The translations under genes were made by a program, and so were the position numbers. A stretch of DNA of 63,448 nt, counting the filler, from Hyphochytrium catenoides (Eukaryota; Protista; Hyphochytriomycota), in assembly GCA_900088475.1 (NCBI GenBank). It is 12 parts of 12 records of this genome, joined end to end, with 100 filler letters (N's around TTAATTAATTAA, not from the genome) between each part and the next. Parts side by side here need not be neighbours in the genome. Positions count along the whole stretch, not along the records: positions 17,578 to 35,869 come from FLMG01004694.1; positions 35,970 to 37,947 come from FLMG01000976.1; positions 38,048 to 41,059 come from FLMG01001142.1; positions 41,160 to 42,428 come from FLMG01002153.1; positions 42,529 to 49,661 come from FLMG01004101.1; 7 more parts are not named here. The stretch is one strand, 5' to 3'. A model generated the notes under the pieces. That model had not been told where the DNA came from. It was given only the letters and a program-made list of their open reading frames with translations, and did not search any database. Below, in pieces: positions 31,395-43,060 of the stretch (its first letter is position 1; every line of letters starts with the position of its first letter).

Positions 31395-33494
31395 TTAGTT
31401 ATAGCCAGTCACTGATAGGAAGATGATCTTAACTCTGGCCTTGATCAGCTGGACTATCTCGTCAAAGTACTTACGTTGAAAGGAGTTCAGATGTTCAATC
31501 ATCTGAGGATGATGATAGCGCAAGAGGTTAGCTCTGTAGATGATGGCCTTGTCCGTAGTAGACATGTTATCCGTGATCCCGAGATGAGTAGTATCAATAG
31601 AATACGAGGGCTGACGGAAGCGTTCTAGTCTTTGCTTCCATGCGGCCCGATCCCGCTTGCAAGGAAGAGAAAGAGGATCGTCTCGAGCATATAGATGATC
31701 AATCTGCTCTTCCCGAGTCTCATACCGAGTGCCACAAGCATCACAGTACGCTTCAGAGCAGGTAGCGCTGTGTAGTAACCCTTCACTCGTAAGACACCAG
31801 GGACAACTAAGGGCTCGCTCACAACAGCTCTTGCGATGATGCTCTGGTGGTAGCAACTCTGATGGAAGCCGCTCGCGGCAGAGAGAACACTCGACCGCCA
31901 ACGATTTGCGACGCCTCTGCGCCTCGTCCTCCCATGCCACCTTAGACTGTGGATGTGCAACCATAGCATGGCATATGAAACTGCGAAGACTAGGGAAGAC
32001 AGAGTGACACAACGAGCAAGTTGCTATTCTTGCATCATCCAAGTGATATCTATAGAGATGCTTCCGCCTCTCCGTGTCAGACGGAAGCACCACCTTGCAG
32101 GCTCGGCACCAAGAAGCTCGAGGCGCGGCCTTCTCACTAGAGCCATTGCTGCTTTGCTGACTGGAGCCATTACTGCTACTGGTCCTACTACTCTGTTGAC
32201 TAGAGCCGTTGCTGGTGCTGCTGCCTGGCTGACTAGAGGCGTTGCTGGTGCTGCTGCCTGGCTGACTAGAGCCGTTGCTGGTGCTGCTGCCTGGCTGACT
32301 AGAGCCGTTGCTGGTGCTGCTGCCTGGCTGACTAGAGGCGTTGCTGGTGCTGCTGCCTGGCTGACTAGAGTCGTTGCTGGTGCTGCTGCCTGGCTGATTA
32401 GAGCCGTTGCTGGTGCTGCTGCCTGGTCGACTAGATCCGTTGCTGCTGCCTGGTTGACTAGATCCTTTGCTGCTGCCTGGCTGACTAGAGCCGTTGCTGC
32501 TGCTGCTAGTGTTGGTTTGGTGACTCGTGCTGTTAGGGTACGTCCACCGCCCCTCTAGAGCCATCTCCTTGCATTGCTCAGAGGTCTGCAGGTGCAGTAC
32601 AAACTCATTCTTCAGTGACCATTTTGTTTTACAAACAGGGCATGGTCCTAGCTGAACAAAGGCGGAGTAAGGAGTTACCAACGTATGTATCTTGACATCT
32701 GGTTCCAGAGCGTCACCGGTGCAGGTAGACTGATGGTCTGCAAGGGTCTGGTGATGATCGGTAGGGAAGCAGCATTTGCATTTAGAGCACCGTCGCTTGC
32801 AATTGACCATATGCTTCTCCAGTCTGTTAGTACTAGAGAACGGAGAAAGGCATCCATCGCACTGGAAGTACATCTCGAGCGGCCTCTTATCACATCTGGC
32901 TTCATGCTGCCGCCTCCTCTTGCCAACGTTCATATGACAGAATTCGCACTCCTCCTTTGGTGCCTTTCGACTTGGACATAGCGTCTGGTGCTCGTTCCGA
33001 ACCTCAGTATTGATAAACTGTTTGAGGCAGTGTTGGCACTTGGGTCTGGACGAGCATGACCGCTGATGGTGTTGGATGGTATCCCCTCTAGCTAAGAAAC
33101 TTTTGCAGTAAAGGCAGCGATGTAGCCGGTGCCTCTGGATACAGCTCTGCTCGTGACGCTCTCTCTCAGGCGCGTTGGGAAGTACCATGAAGCAATGCTC
33201 ACAGACACGCAGAACCTTCGGCCGACGATAGCACACTGGAAAGTGATCTTTTAAGGGTACAGATGGCGTCTCAAAACAGAAAGTGCACCTCGCTATAATA
33301 CTTTGAGGTGTTGACTCAAACAAGCAGTGGATCTCATGAATACGCCGCTGACGGTCCAACCGAAAGGCGGCACCACACTTCCGACAACCATGAATGCCCA
33401 TTATTTGTCTTTGTGAGGGAGTCAGAACTTTGAAAAGTGATTCCCGTGATGGCCCTCGGGCGATAACGGTCTCTCTCTTCTCTTTTGTGTACAA
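31395..33494 (-). CDS. Multi-C2HC/C2H2 zinc finger protein with Ser-rich tandem repeat and C-terminal degenerate J-like domain
   Basis: 699-aa ORF (TTG start; ATG at MGIHG downstream); more than 10 CxxC...HxxxC/H units; C-terminal LGITDNMST...YRANLLRYHHPQ...FDEIVQLI. Confidence 0.75.
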   Translation of the reverse strand: MYTKEKRETVIARGPSRESLFKVLTPSQRQIMGIHGCRKCGAAFRLDRQRRIHEIHCLFESTPQSIIARCTFCFETPSVPLKDHFPVCYRRPKVLRVCEHCFMVLPNAPERERHEQSCIQRHRLHRCLYCKSFLARGDTIQHHQRSCSSRPKCQHCLKQFINTEVRNEHQTLCPSRKAPKEECEFCHMNVGKRRRQHEARCDKRPLEMYFQCDGCLSPFSSTNRLEKHMVNCKRRCSKCKCCFPTDHHQTLADHQSTCTGDALEPDVKIHTLVTPYSAFVQLGPCPVCKTKWSLKNEFVLHLQTSEQCKEMALEGRWTYPNSTSHQTNTSSSSNGSSQPGSSKGSSQPGSSNGSSRPGSSTSNGSNQPGSSTSNDSSQPGSSTSNASSQPGSSTSNGSSQPGSSTSNGSSQPGSSTSNASSQPGSSTSNGSSQQSSRTSSSNGSSQQSSNGSSEKAAPRASWCRACKVVLPSDTERRKHLYRYHLDDARIATCSLCHSVFPSLRSFICHAMVAHPQSKVAWEDEAQRRRKSLAVECSLCRERLPSELLPPEHHRKSCCERALSCPWCLTSEGLLHSATCSEAYCDACGTRYETREEQIDHLYARDDPLSLPCKRDRAAWKQRLERFRQPSYSIDTTHLGITDNMSTTDKAIIYRANLLRYHHPQMIEHLNSFQRKYFDEIVQLIKARVKIIFLSVTGYN
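32141..32506 (-). repeat. Coding 33-bp minisatellite (SSQPGSSTSNG, ~7 copies plus shorter variants)
   Basis: Unit gactagagccgttgctggtgctgctgcctggct repeated on the + strand. Confidence 0.95.
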
Positions 33495-33521
33495 AGTTGT
33501 GACGAAGCTGACAAAGACTCC

Positions 33522-33757
33522 TCCTCAGTCAAGATGAGATGAGCAACGATCGAGCAGTGACCGAACAGTCACCTCCGTCGTCGGGCATGGGTACGAGAAG
33601 GATGAAAACCCCGTAAGAAGAAGGAGAGTGTGACCGTGTCCTCAGTCAAGATGAGGTAAGAGCAACGATCGAGCAGTGACCGAACGGTCACCTCCGTCAT
33701 CGGGCATGGGTACGAGAAGGATGAAGACCTTGTAAGAAGAAGGAGAGTGTGACCGCG
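33522..33757. repeat. Tandem duplication of ~117 bp
   Basis: 33522-33638 and 33639-33757 both run tcctcagtcaagatgag...gagagtgtgaccg. Confidence 0.95.
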
Positions 33758-34275
33758 TCCTCTTGAAAGGGAGAAAAGTCTCTCGTTTTGGGACTATGGC
33801 TGTGTCCCTCCGATTGGAGCTTCGTTGGCCGGCTGCTTCTCCTATTCTCTCCACCTTTCATCTCTCGGTACTTGCCACTCACAACAAGCGGCCACACACT
33901 GTAGATCCTCAAGTTCTTTCTCTGATGTAGCGAGGACTGTCCAATTTATATCAATAGGTCCGTCTGCAGTCATTATAGTGGTATAAGTCCTTAGTGTAAC
34001 CACTGCTCTTGCAGGTTTTGTTGTCTTTCCACCGCGAACAGATACAAACAGAGGGAGGTAGCATTTACAGATTAGTTAAAAAAGGCCCATACTCTAGGTT
34101 CTCTGAGTGTTGCTCACACACCGCCTTCTAAGGTATATGGCCATATCAGTTTTATAATGCCCGATTGAGACAGGACCTGGTCGCAAACTTGCCTCTGCCC
34201 GCCGTCCAGTATTGTTGCAGGCCATTATCTACATCTTTCTATGATACAAGCTACAGGTATTGCTTCTTGGTGTGC

Positions 34276-35433
34276 TCAGAAGAAGCTGCTTCGTGATCTG
34301 GCCTTGGTGGGCCTGCATTCAGGCAGGAGTTCGAGCTCCAGTATGTCCCGAAGTTTCGCGACAAGCTCGTCGCCAAACTGCTCCGCCTGATCGTCAGCTG
34401 ATAGCTCAGGGTGCTCCTCAGCAACAAGCTTGACAGCTTTGGCCACGCAAGTTTCCAGCCCAGAGGGTTGGGAGCCGTCTCCCTCTCTTTGCATGATCAT
34501 ACCGATGTCATACAAACTAAGGCAAACCTCTGCGCCAAGCTTCAATAGTGTAGTCGCCAACCTCATTGTAGTGATACAATCTTCCCGGATGTTAAGGTCC
34601 CTCAGGAGCTGAGCATCTCTGTCAATATCCAGACTCTGGATAAGCTCATACGCCTCCTCAGTGAAGGGCATCTTGGCTTGGGGCCAGTATAACCATTCTA
34701 GCATCGCTCCATCTAAGTGCTGCCATGCGGGCATGCAATAGCCGTGATCGATAGGTACCATGTTGTAGCCCGCAGGTGTGCGGCTAGTAAGCAGAATGTT
34801 GGCGGCATGACGGTCGGTATTGAACAGTCGCAGATCCAAGATGCCAATTTTCTGCACTTCCTTGTAGTCGTAGAGCTGACTTCCAATATCTTCACAGCTG
34901 CCCTCACTCTGGACGAAACGTTGCACAGATCCCTCCTTAGCAACATCTTCCTTCAACGATGTAGGTAAGCAGGCAATACCGGTTTCCGGAACTCCGCTAA
35001 ATCCACCATACGCAGCATCCAGAAGGTATGCAGCACGCTCTCGCGAGGCACCCTCTCCTACTTTAAAACCACGCCTCATGGAGCTGTCAGTCTCGCCAAG
35101 AACAGCGTCCTTATTAACAAAACCCCGAGGATTGTTAGGTCCCATCGTCTCCTCATCAGAAGGCTTGAAGACACAACAAATCTGCTTTTCCGCATTCCTC
35201 AAATAGTAGACGCCACCTGTACCTTCGGACGTCAGCTCTGGAGCGATTCCCTCTGCTAAACCAGACGAGACCGCCTCGTAAAGAACGTTGACTTCGTCCT
35301 GCGAAGGATAAGAATGGGACAGGACTTCCACTTCGATTACTTCTGGTACATCTTTTGAGAGCCATGCTTTGGGACCAAAGGCCTGTGCGGCTGGAGCGCA
35401 GTCAAACTCGTAGAATGCGTCAAGGATTGCCAT
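34276..35433 (-). CDS. Type II phosphatidylinositol 4-kinase (PI4K-gamma-like), intronless
   Basis: GTGGVYYL, VFKPSDEE, GEGASRERAAYLLD, GSVQRFV, LDLRLFNTDRHAANILL, PIDHGYC, EWLYWPQAK motifs. Confidence 0.93.
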   Translation of the reverse strand: MAILDAFYEFDCAPAAQAFGPKAWLSKDVPEVIEVEVLSHSYPSQDEVNVLYEAVSSGLAEGIAPELTSEGTGGVYYLRNAEKQICCVFKPSDEETMGPNNPRGFVNKDAVLGETDSSMRRGFKVGEGASRERAAYLLDAAYGGFSGVPETGIACLPTSLKEDVAKEGSVQRFVQSEGSCEDIGSQLYDYKEVQKIGILDLRLFNTDRHAANILLTSRTPAGYNMVPIDHGYCMPAWQHLDGAMLEWLYWPQAKMPFTEEAYELIQSLDIDRDAQLLRDLNIREDCITTMRLATTLLKLGAEVCLSLYDIGMIMQREGDGSQPSGLETCVAKAVKLVAEEHPELSADDQAEQFGDELVAKLRDILELELLPECRPTKARSRSSFF

Positions 35434-35969
35434 TTTCCCTTGGTCCAGTGGATAAGGACCAATAATAAGCGAGGCTAAGGAGCAGGTAGTGAAGAAAGGA
35501 GCCGAGGCTTGGCTTCGATCAAACGATGCACCGGCTCATAGCATTGCCGATGCCCCTATTGCCTCCAATTGTAGGCACAGGCCTGCCAACCTCCCAGGGG
35601 CCCACGGAGCACCCCCTCCCTTCCCTTTGCTTTCTTCCGCTCTTGCTTCTTTCTGCCTTGAAGGTGTATGAGATCTTCGTCATCAGCGCCCCAGCGTGTC
35701 GGGCGTCAGTAGTTCCTAGTGATCGCTGGAGTGTGAAAGAGAGAATGCGCCAACTGCGGCCGAACTTTCTTCTTCAACTGGATGTCTTCTGGTCGTCGCT
35801 GTCTCTGCCGCGTAAAATGCAAGAAAGGTCACGAACCAGGAAAGTGCAACTTCCTCTGTCTTGCTTTCTNNNNNNNNNNNNNNNNNNNNNNNNNNNNNNN
35901 NNNNNNNNNNNNNTTAATTAATTAANNNNNNNNNNNNNNNNNNNNNNNNNNNNNNNNNNNNNNNNNNNN

Positions 35970-37480
35970 AGACCCAGTTACTACTTCTTGTCGTTGTATG
36001 ATGACTTACCTAATGATAATAATCTAGTTATCATAACTCTGAAACACTTTGTTTTGTGACTTCTTCCTCTTGTCAGATAGAGTCTGGAACTGTGAGCCTT
36101 TTAGAGCTCTTGTCAGCTTCTGCTCTCAACAGTGGTTCAGACACTCGCTTAGCTTCACTTACGGGATGGGTTCCTGGAAAGCTTCGCTTCGGCGCACTCC
36201 ACACAGTCAGTGAGCTCCTCATCAACCTCTTTTGCAGGGACCCCATCAGCTAGGGCCGCTACTTGTCTGACCCTTGCTTCTCCTACATGGCCTAAACGGA
36301 CATGCCATCGCTGGACTGAGGAAGAGGTCGCCGTCGTTGAAGCCGCAGGATGGCCTGTGGTTTGTAGGTAAGGCAACGCCAGCTCCCCCCAAGGTCTTGA
36401 GAAGGCTTCATAGGTGGTACGGTCGTCCCATTCACTACGACCCATTTGTAACATCCGCGGTGCAGAGGACCTCCTTGGTTCGGAGCCATCGAAGGCCTCT
36501 GGCCTCTCTGTTGAGCAGTAGCTCTGCCCCAGAGTCCACGCACTTGGATATGGGGATCAAGTTGCGAGAGGCTTCAGGGACTTAAAGACCATCCCTAATC
36601 TTCTGAGGAGCCGCCTTGCCATCAACGATGACGGAGAGAAGAACTGTTCCCTTCGCTAGTGCCGTCACACTAGTGCTTGCTACACCCGAGACTAAATGGG
36701 TGAACCAGGTTCTAAACAGAACGCATCAGCCTAATGTTGGTGCAGACATGGTAGGTGCTGCCACTGTCTAGTACCCAGGTGAGGTCTTCTCCCGTCTGAG
36801 AGCTAGTCGAGTTGGCCATCAGGGGCACGATCTTGTTGACCATCTTTGGCCTTTTTGGCGGCATTTCTTTCTTCTCTTCTTTTCTTGGCTTCGGCTTTCC
36901 GAGAGGACAGTCCTTGGTCCAATGTCCAGTCTCTTTGCAAGCCTTCAGACGTCCTTGGACTTATCTCTCTTCCTAGGGTGAGCCTTGTTGTTGTTGATCC
37001 CTTTCCTTTGCAAACAAAAGTTTTGCTTCAGTAATGATCCTCTCTCGAACAGATTTGGTCTGTTCCTCCCTCTGTTCAGCCGCTTTCAGCAAATCCATCA
37101 GCGGCTCAGGGTCGAGCGGTGACCAATCAACGTTGACCTGATTGGCAATAGCTATATACCGTTAAGGGATGTTGGCCGTGAGGACCATGTCCTTGTGGAA
37201 AGGATTCACCTTAAACTTAAAGTTGCCAACCGTTTGCATAGCTTGTAAACTCGGATGCAATAGTCAGTTATCATTTCGCCTTCCATGTAGGACGACGCCA
37301 TGAGTTCCCTGCTGAGCCTCATGATCTCTAGGTGATCCCTCGGCTTAAACCTTTGGCTAAGGCATCCCCCACTTCCGCAGAGGACGTCGTCGCTGGCGTA
37401 TGTTCACGAGTAGATCTGGCTCCAGAGAGAGAGAGAGACGATGCTGTAATAAGCAGTTTCAATTAGTCTCTCCCACACCG
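35970..37480 (-). mobile_element. Degenerate Ty1/copia retrotransposon gag-protease-pre-integrase region
   Basis: Protease TWVLDSGSTYHV at ~36750-36785 and GAG-pre-integrase/zinc motif WHVRLGHVG...CVECAEAK at ~36310-36180; multiple stops and frameshifts. Confidence 0.85.
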
Positions 37481-38047
37481 CATATTTGGTGGTGACAGTA
37501 GAGCTCAGCAGCGCTTAGACTTAAGTACTACTGTCACCACAGCCTCCCACACCGCATATTTTGAGTCTCCAAGCTTAGGGACCCGTGAGACGTACGATGA
37601 CCCTCCACCGCCACCCAGATCCTCCGCGAAGGAGGGACTGGCAGCTGTGTTGGCCTGCAGCTGTTGCAGACTATGTTAGAGCAGCATCTAGCATTGTTGG
37701 CGCTCATTGTTGCTTCGTTCCGAGTAGAGTTGAACAGCTTAGAAGTAAATACGATTCCGTGAGTGTCCTTAGAACGTAGGGCATATTGATGAAGTTTACA
37801 GAGATGGGTGGCAATGCCTGAAGCTTCCGTATGAGCACGATCTAGATGCAATGATAACAAAGGGACTTGGTATTGATGTGTGTGGAGATTTCTCTGAATG
37901 ATCACTCAATCCTGAGAGCCTGGTCTGGACTCGAGATCTTTTGCTCGNNNNNNNNNNNNNNNNNNNNNNNNNNNNNNNNNNNNNNNNNNNNTTAATTAAT
38001 TAANNNNNNNNNNNNNNNNNNNNNNNNNNNNNNNNNNNNNNNNNNNN

Positions 38048-38098
<51 letters not shown>

Positions 38099-38816
38099 TT
38101 CTCATTCTCTCTCTCTCGCTCTATCTATCTACAGCTCTCCCCTTCCAGTTCTGTTCTCCCAATCCCCTCTCCTTGCGTTGTCAGCCTCACTCTTCATCTC
38201 CTTGGGTGTTCTGATTAGATTATTCCGTAATAAGACTCATAAGACCTACCTTCATTCGGAATCAAAAAGGTAGGATTACGAATAATTAATTTGGAAGCGG
38301 GGTTCTGATCGTTCTGATCGTTATTACTACGTCGTTTCACCGAGAAAAATGTACCTTCCCTTTGCGAACATAGAGCCATCTCAAAGTTCTTCTGAGGATA
38401 TTATTATTACTGTCAAAGCGTTCCCGCCAACTCTCCTTCTAGCGAGATCCTTGCTTCCCGTCTCCTGGACCAGGTTCAGCAGAAGTAGGAACTCCTAGTT
38501 CTACCTAAGGGCCTGGAGCTGGGGGAGGCAGGCAAGCAACAAGCTTCTCTTCCCTACCCCTCCTCCTGTCCTCTCTTCTTCGTCTCGCTGTCGGTGGTAG
38601 AGGCTACTCCTTGTACTGTAGCTCCCGCACCTGCTCCCGCAAGGACAGCTGCCAGTTACACCACTGCAGGCACGGCACTGCCGATGCTCCCGCTGACGAT
38701 AAGATGCTGATGATGTTGTCGGTAGAGCTCTTATAATCAATAATAAGGAGCCGGGCGTGCGCCGCACCGGCCTCTCGGTGTCTTGTCGTGGATATCCGAT
38801 CAATAGAAGAAGACAT

Positions 38817-40397
38817 ATGAAGTGTATTTGCTGCTCCAAGACGAAGCTCTCCTCAGAGTTCTCAACGTTGAGAAAGATTCCCTACCATCCGCCAGCAGTA
38901 GGAGCTGAAGGCGGGGCTGGCAACGATGAGGACGAGGGTGAACTTCTGGTGGACCCTCCTCCAGATCTGACGCACTATTGTCTACGGGTAGGTGTTCTAA
39001 GCAAGGATGGCTCATTCTATTAAAGAGGGAGTGTGAGACATTATCCAGCCTTACTTTGTCTGACCACTCTTGCTTCCTGTCCTTCTCGCCGCTACCGCTT
39101 TAAGTGTCTAGAGGCCACGCTTCTCCGCAATCCAGAAGAGAAGGGGAAGGCGTGTGGCCTCAATCCGGAGGTCAGGAAGTGGATTGCCGACGAAGTCCAA
39201 CAACTAGACGGCGTTTGGCGCAATGATGAAGCGTCTAGAGCTAAGGGTCGGAGACAAGTAGCAGCAGAGAGTGGCCGCTGGGTCCACATTCGCTTCCTTA
39301 CCGGGACACAGCTGTCCATGCCCTACGAGCCTGCGAGAACAACAGTCAAAGAGGTCAAGCTATTCCTCGGGAAAGCCCAAGGGAGGGAACCAAGATACTA
39401 TCGACTGCTGATGGGGTCCCAAGAGCTTAAGGTCAGCTACCTCGCCGCTGGAGTCTGGGGAGCTGGTTGCTGACAATGGTTCTGCCTGTCTCTCGTGTAG
39501 GTCCGGAGCGACAAGAACACCGCAAACCTACTCGCAGACTATGAAGTTCAGCAAAGCGGTGACGGTGGTGGCGGCGGCGACTTACATCTTCAGGCCATTC
39601 TTCCATACTCTAAGCACGCGGGAAAGAGTCACATCGAGGGAGCCGCCACAGACGAGTACGGCAACGCCTTGGGCTCTGTCTATGATCTTGGCATCGACGG
39701 CGCCTTCAAAGGCATCAAGGTCGCCGCGTTGGTGCTTTACGATATGGACTTTTCAAGACCGGTGAAGGCGCTGCAAGAGAAAGGCTTTGAAGTGACTGTC
39801 TGGACCTCTGTTCCCTTGCTTCAAACTCTTAAGGATACACTTGACTCAGCCTCTCAGCTGTGGGTTATCTCCGACCGCAAAGCCAAGCTTCCAGTGGCGT
39901 TTCTGAAGGTCATTCAAAACTTCTATGAATCTGGACGAGGTCTTTACATCTGGGGAGACAATGAACCTTTCTACGCTGACGCTAACGCAATCTCTACAAG
40001 GATCTTTGGACGTGAGACGTACTTGGTTGGGAACGACATTGGAGACCATTGCGTGACGATGAACCCGCGGGAATCGGCGAAGATGGCAGCCTGCAGTAGT
40101 GGCCAGAAGACCTGTACAAGCGGCTTTGATTCGCAACACATCATCTTCACTGGTGTAGAGTCGCTGTATGAAGGGATAACGATCGCCAGAGTCATCTCCA
40201 CTAACCCAGCGGTGGTACCTGTGATGGTGAGCTCATCGGGGTACTCTGTCTGCTCGGTGGTAGATGACGGCCGCCATCGCTGTGTCTTCGATGGTGGCTT
40301 CACTCGCCTCTTTTGCAAGTGGGACGCAGCAGGAACGAGCCGCTTTGTGAAGAACGTCTCTGCATGGCTGTGCGGCGTTGACTCGGATTGGATCTAA
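38817..40397 (+). CDS. Three-exon gene: RING-like Zn finger, ubiquitin-like domain, class I GATase-like (DLxxDGAF) domain
   Basis: Phase-0 GT-AG introns 38988-39104 and 39432-39500. MKCICC...HYCLR|CLE; VHIRFLTGTQLSMPYEPARTTVKEVK...RLLMGSQELK|...LLADYEV; then GNALGSVYDLGIDGAFKG...DGGFTRLFCKWDAAGTSRFVKNVSAWL. Confidence 0.8.
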
Positions 40398-41752
40398 ATT
40401 TTATGATGCCGACGCGCCAGCTTGCTTTGTTATACAGACAGTGTACTGGTGTTCCACTTCCGTAGCTCCTCACTATCATCCTTGTTCGTGTTATGTATGT
40501 CGCCACCATCAGCAGCTGAGTAGCTGCTCTAGATTGTTAAGTGGTAGGTTCCAGCGTCAATGATGAGTGAGTGTCTTGGCACTACTCGCTGTGAATAGAG
40601 GAAGGTGACAGCAGCCATCTCATCACTTGAGAGTAATCTAATGATAATGCTGCCACTTGTGGCCTTCTACTTCTCGTCAATAGCGTGGTCCTCTCCACTA
40701 CTGCTTCCGGAGGAACAGAGAGCGCAAGAAAGGATCGGAAGGCATCTTTAGGAGTCATTAGCGCAGACAGCGAGGCTGAGGCTTCTTCTGGTGATGATTG
40801 ATGCCTCCACGGACGTGTCACTCCTCCTAGCGAAGAGAACGAGCGAGAAGAAGACGGAAGAAATGAGAATAACGTTCAAAGTCATTTAAAAGCTGTCTAA
40901 CACTCTGGACAATGAACACCTGAGGCCCACTGCCCGCCTTCCCTCCCTAATGTTATCTATGGATTATGAAGGGGCTAAGATATTTTTGTAACGGCTTTTC
41001 AAGGAGAGGGGCTCCTTTGTAAGGTATTAACATAGGCTAATAAGAGCGTCTGTACCGGTNNNNNNNNNNNNNNNNNNNNNNNNNNNNNNNNNNNNNNNNN
41101 NNNTTAATTAATTAANNNNNNNNNNNNNNNNNNNNNNNNNNNNNNNNNNNNNNNNNNNNCTCGTTTGCTCTCTAGAATGGTCCTCGGAAGTAGACCGGAA
41201 TGGCGATATCGACGTTGGCAAGCAAGTCCTGCTTACTACCACGAGCCCCACGCTTCTTCCCTTTGTCACTTCGCACTTTCCGAGGCTTCTTTGTCTTCGC
41301 ATCCAGCTGGGAGCCCTCCATATCTCCTTTCCCCAAAAGTTCTCACAGTTGCTTGCTATCTTCAGCAATAGGGAGGTCGTGGGTCCTTTTCTCCAGAAGA
41401 TGGAGCTACCTAAGGTGGTGGTTTTCCAGAAGAAGCACACGGTGCATATAAGGGATCCAAGCCCTGGATGGCTATCATCGCCAATTGCTTTGAATCCCTT
41501 CCTTGTGCGAGGATGATGGCTCCAGACGCGCCCACGACGGTCGTAAGGCCTAGCAGATGACCTCACCTCAAGGAGAGGAGGGAGAAGAATGAGGGAAGAA
41601 GTTGAAAATTGGCGCGCGTGTGCATTGGTCAACACTTCATCAGATCATAACTATGGAAATATTTTGTGATGAATGGCGGCGCTTCCTTCTTCTCCTATCA
41701 AAGTCATGATCTCAATTACTCAGCGATAGATTCTTAGGTTAGAGCAGTACTG

Positions 41753-42130
41753 CTACTGCTTGTTGGCGTGCTTTGCCTTCGTCCTCTCCTTACGCAACAT
41801 TACGCTACGACATAGCAGCAGGGTGTCATCAATGATATCATCCTCCTCCTCCAGACGGCTCCTCTGTCTTGATACCAGTTCGCCTGCAGCAGCAGGAAGG
41901 TGTCGCTCTGACGGGACAGATGTGGCTGCTATACTCAAATAATAACGAGAAGGAAGACAAAGAAGAACGGTTCGAGCAGAACAAATATAGCAGCCTAGTA
42001 GTGCCCTAGTCTACTACCTGGTATCGATATCCTTCACGACGGCGACCGCCACCTCGATCCCACGTTGGAGCTGCGCTTCGTTCAATAATAGCTCAGATTG
42101 TTTGGCAGCAAATTGCGAGATTGACAGTGA
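41753..42130 (-). mobile_element. hAT transposase C-terminal dimerisation domain remnant
   Basis: LSIAATSVPSERHLPAAAGELVSRQRSRL resembles the hAT consensus SxPATSxxSERxFSxAG...RxRL. Upstream DTR** sits where the conserved WW is expected. Confidence 0.75.
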
Positions 42131-42528
42131 TCGATGGCTAATAATAACTCGTTATATAGTTGGTGAGGAAGACATCAAAGGTTCTTCTTAGAGTCAGTGG
42201 CTCTCTCATGGTCCAGGACTCGTGCCCGGCTGCTGCCGACTGTTACTTTGGTCACGGCACTTGTACTATGATGATAGACTCTCAAGACGCAAGCAGTCTT
42301 CTAGTCATTGTGATATCTGCACAGCAGCCTGCTTCTCAGCGGGTCATTAGCGCCAGACAGCCTGTGACAGCCTGCAAGAGGGCAGCCCGTGGGACTTACA
42401 AGGACCAACAGCATCAGTTTGGACATTANNNNNNNNNNNNNNNNNNNNNNNNNNNNNNNNNNNNNNNNNNNNTTAATTAATTAANNNNNNNNNNNNNNNN
42501 NNNNNNNNNNNNNNNNNNNNNNNNNNNN

Positions 42529-43060
42529 TTTATTAGTCTCAGAGACGACGGACAAGAAGAAGAAAGAGAACGCGGCAGCGCTGTACCAAGCGGGAGCCGA
42601 GTTCCGGGAAGAAGAGGGGACAAGGTGCTGGCTTGGAGTTAACACGGACACATGTCCCGTGAGAGAAAGAGTGACCCAGTGTTTGAGAGAGAAATATCCT
42701 CGAAGAGAATGGCGAAAGTGAGACGCGGCTATGTAGAAAGCGGTATAGTGGTCGTCTACACGGTTTTGAGGCCTCTGCAAAAGCACTACTACCGCTGCTT
42801 TCCCTGCGAGATGTTTAAAGCTTGTCGAAGCTCTTTCGGTGACTCTTCGAGCGGCGCCGATAGTGAAGAAGTTCTTGGGTCAGGCGGTAGTGTGGCTGCA
42901 GTCCAACTTTTTCACCAGGGAGGAAGTCACCATACTCAATTCGAGAGAAGTAGTCGATTGCTCCGTTCAGCCCCTCCATGGAAGAAGAGGTTAGAAGTTC
43001 TGCGGGAAGGTAGATGTATGAACCTTCAGTCTCATTTTGCTTCATAAATAGATAAGGATC
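42529..43060 (-). mobile_element. Possible second degenerate hAT transposase fragment
   Basis: Broken frames resembling the HxLxL...FxRS...TRW region of hAT transposases; weak. Confidence 0.3.

Noticed and set aside
32141-32506. CRISPR-like array
   Set aside because: Head-to-tail 33-bp units without unique spacers, in frame within a coding sequence; no cas genes.
31953-32558. 201-aa + strand ORF (AAAWLTRAV repeats)
   Set aside because: Antisense shadow of the coding minisatellite.
35970-43060. Transposon cluster flanking the viral-like island
   Set aside because: These lie on separate contigs joined by linkers, so physical linkage is unsupported.
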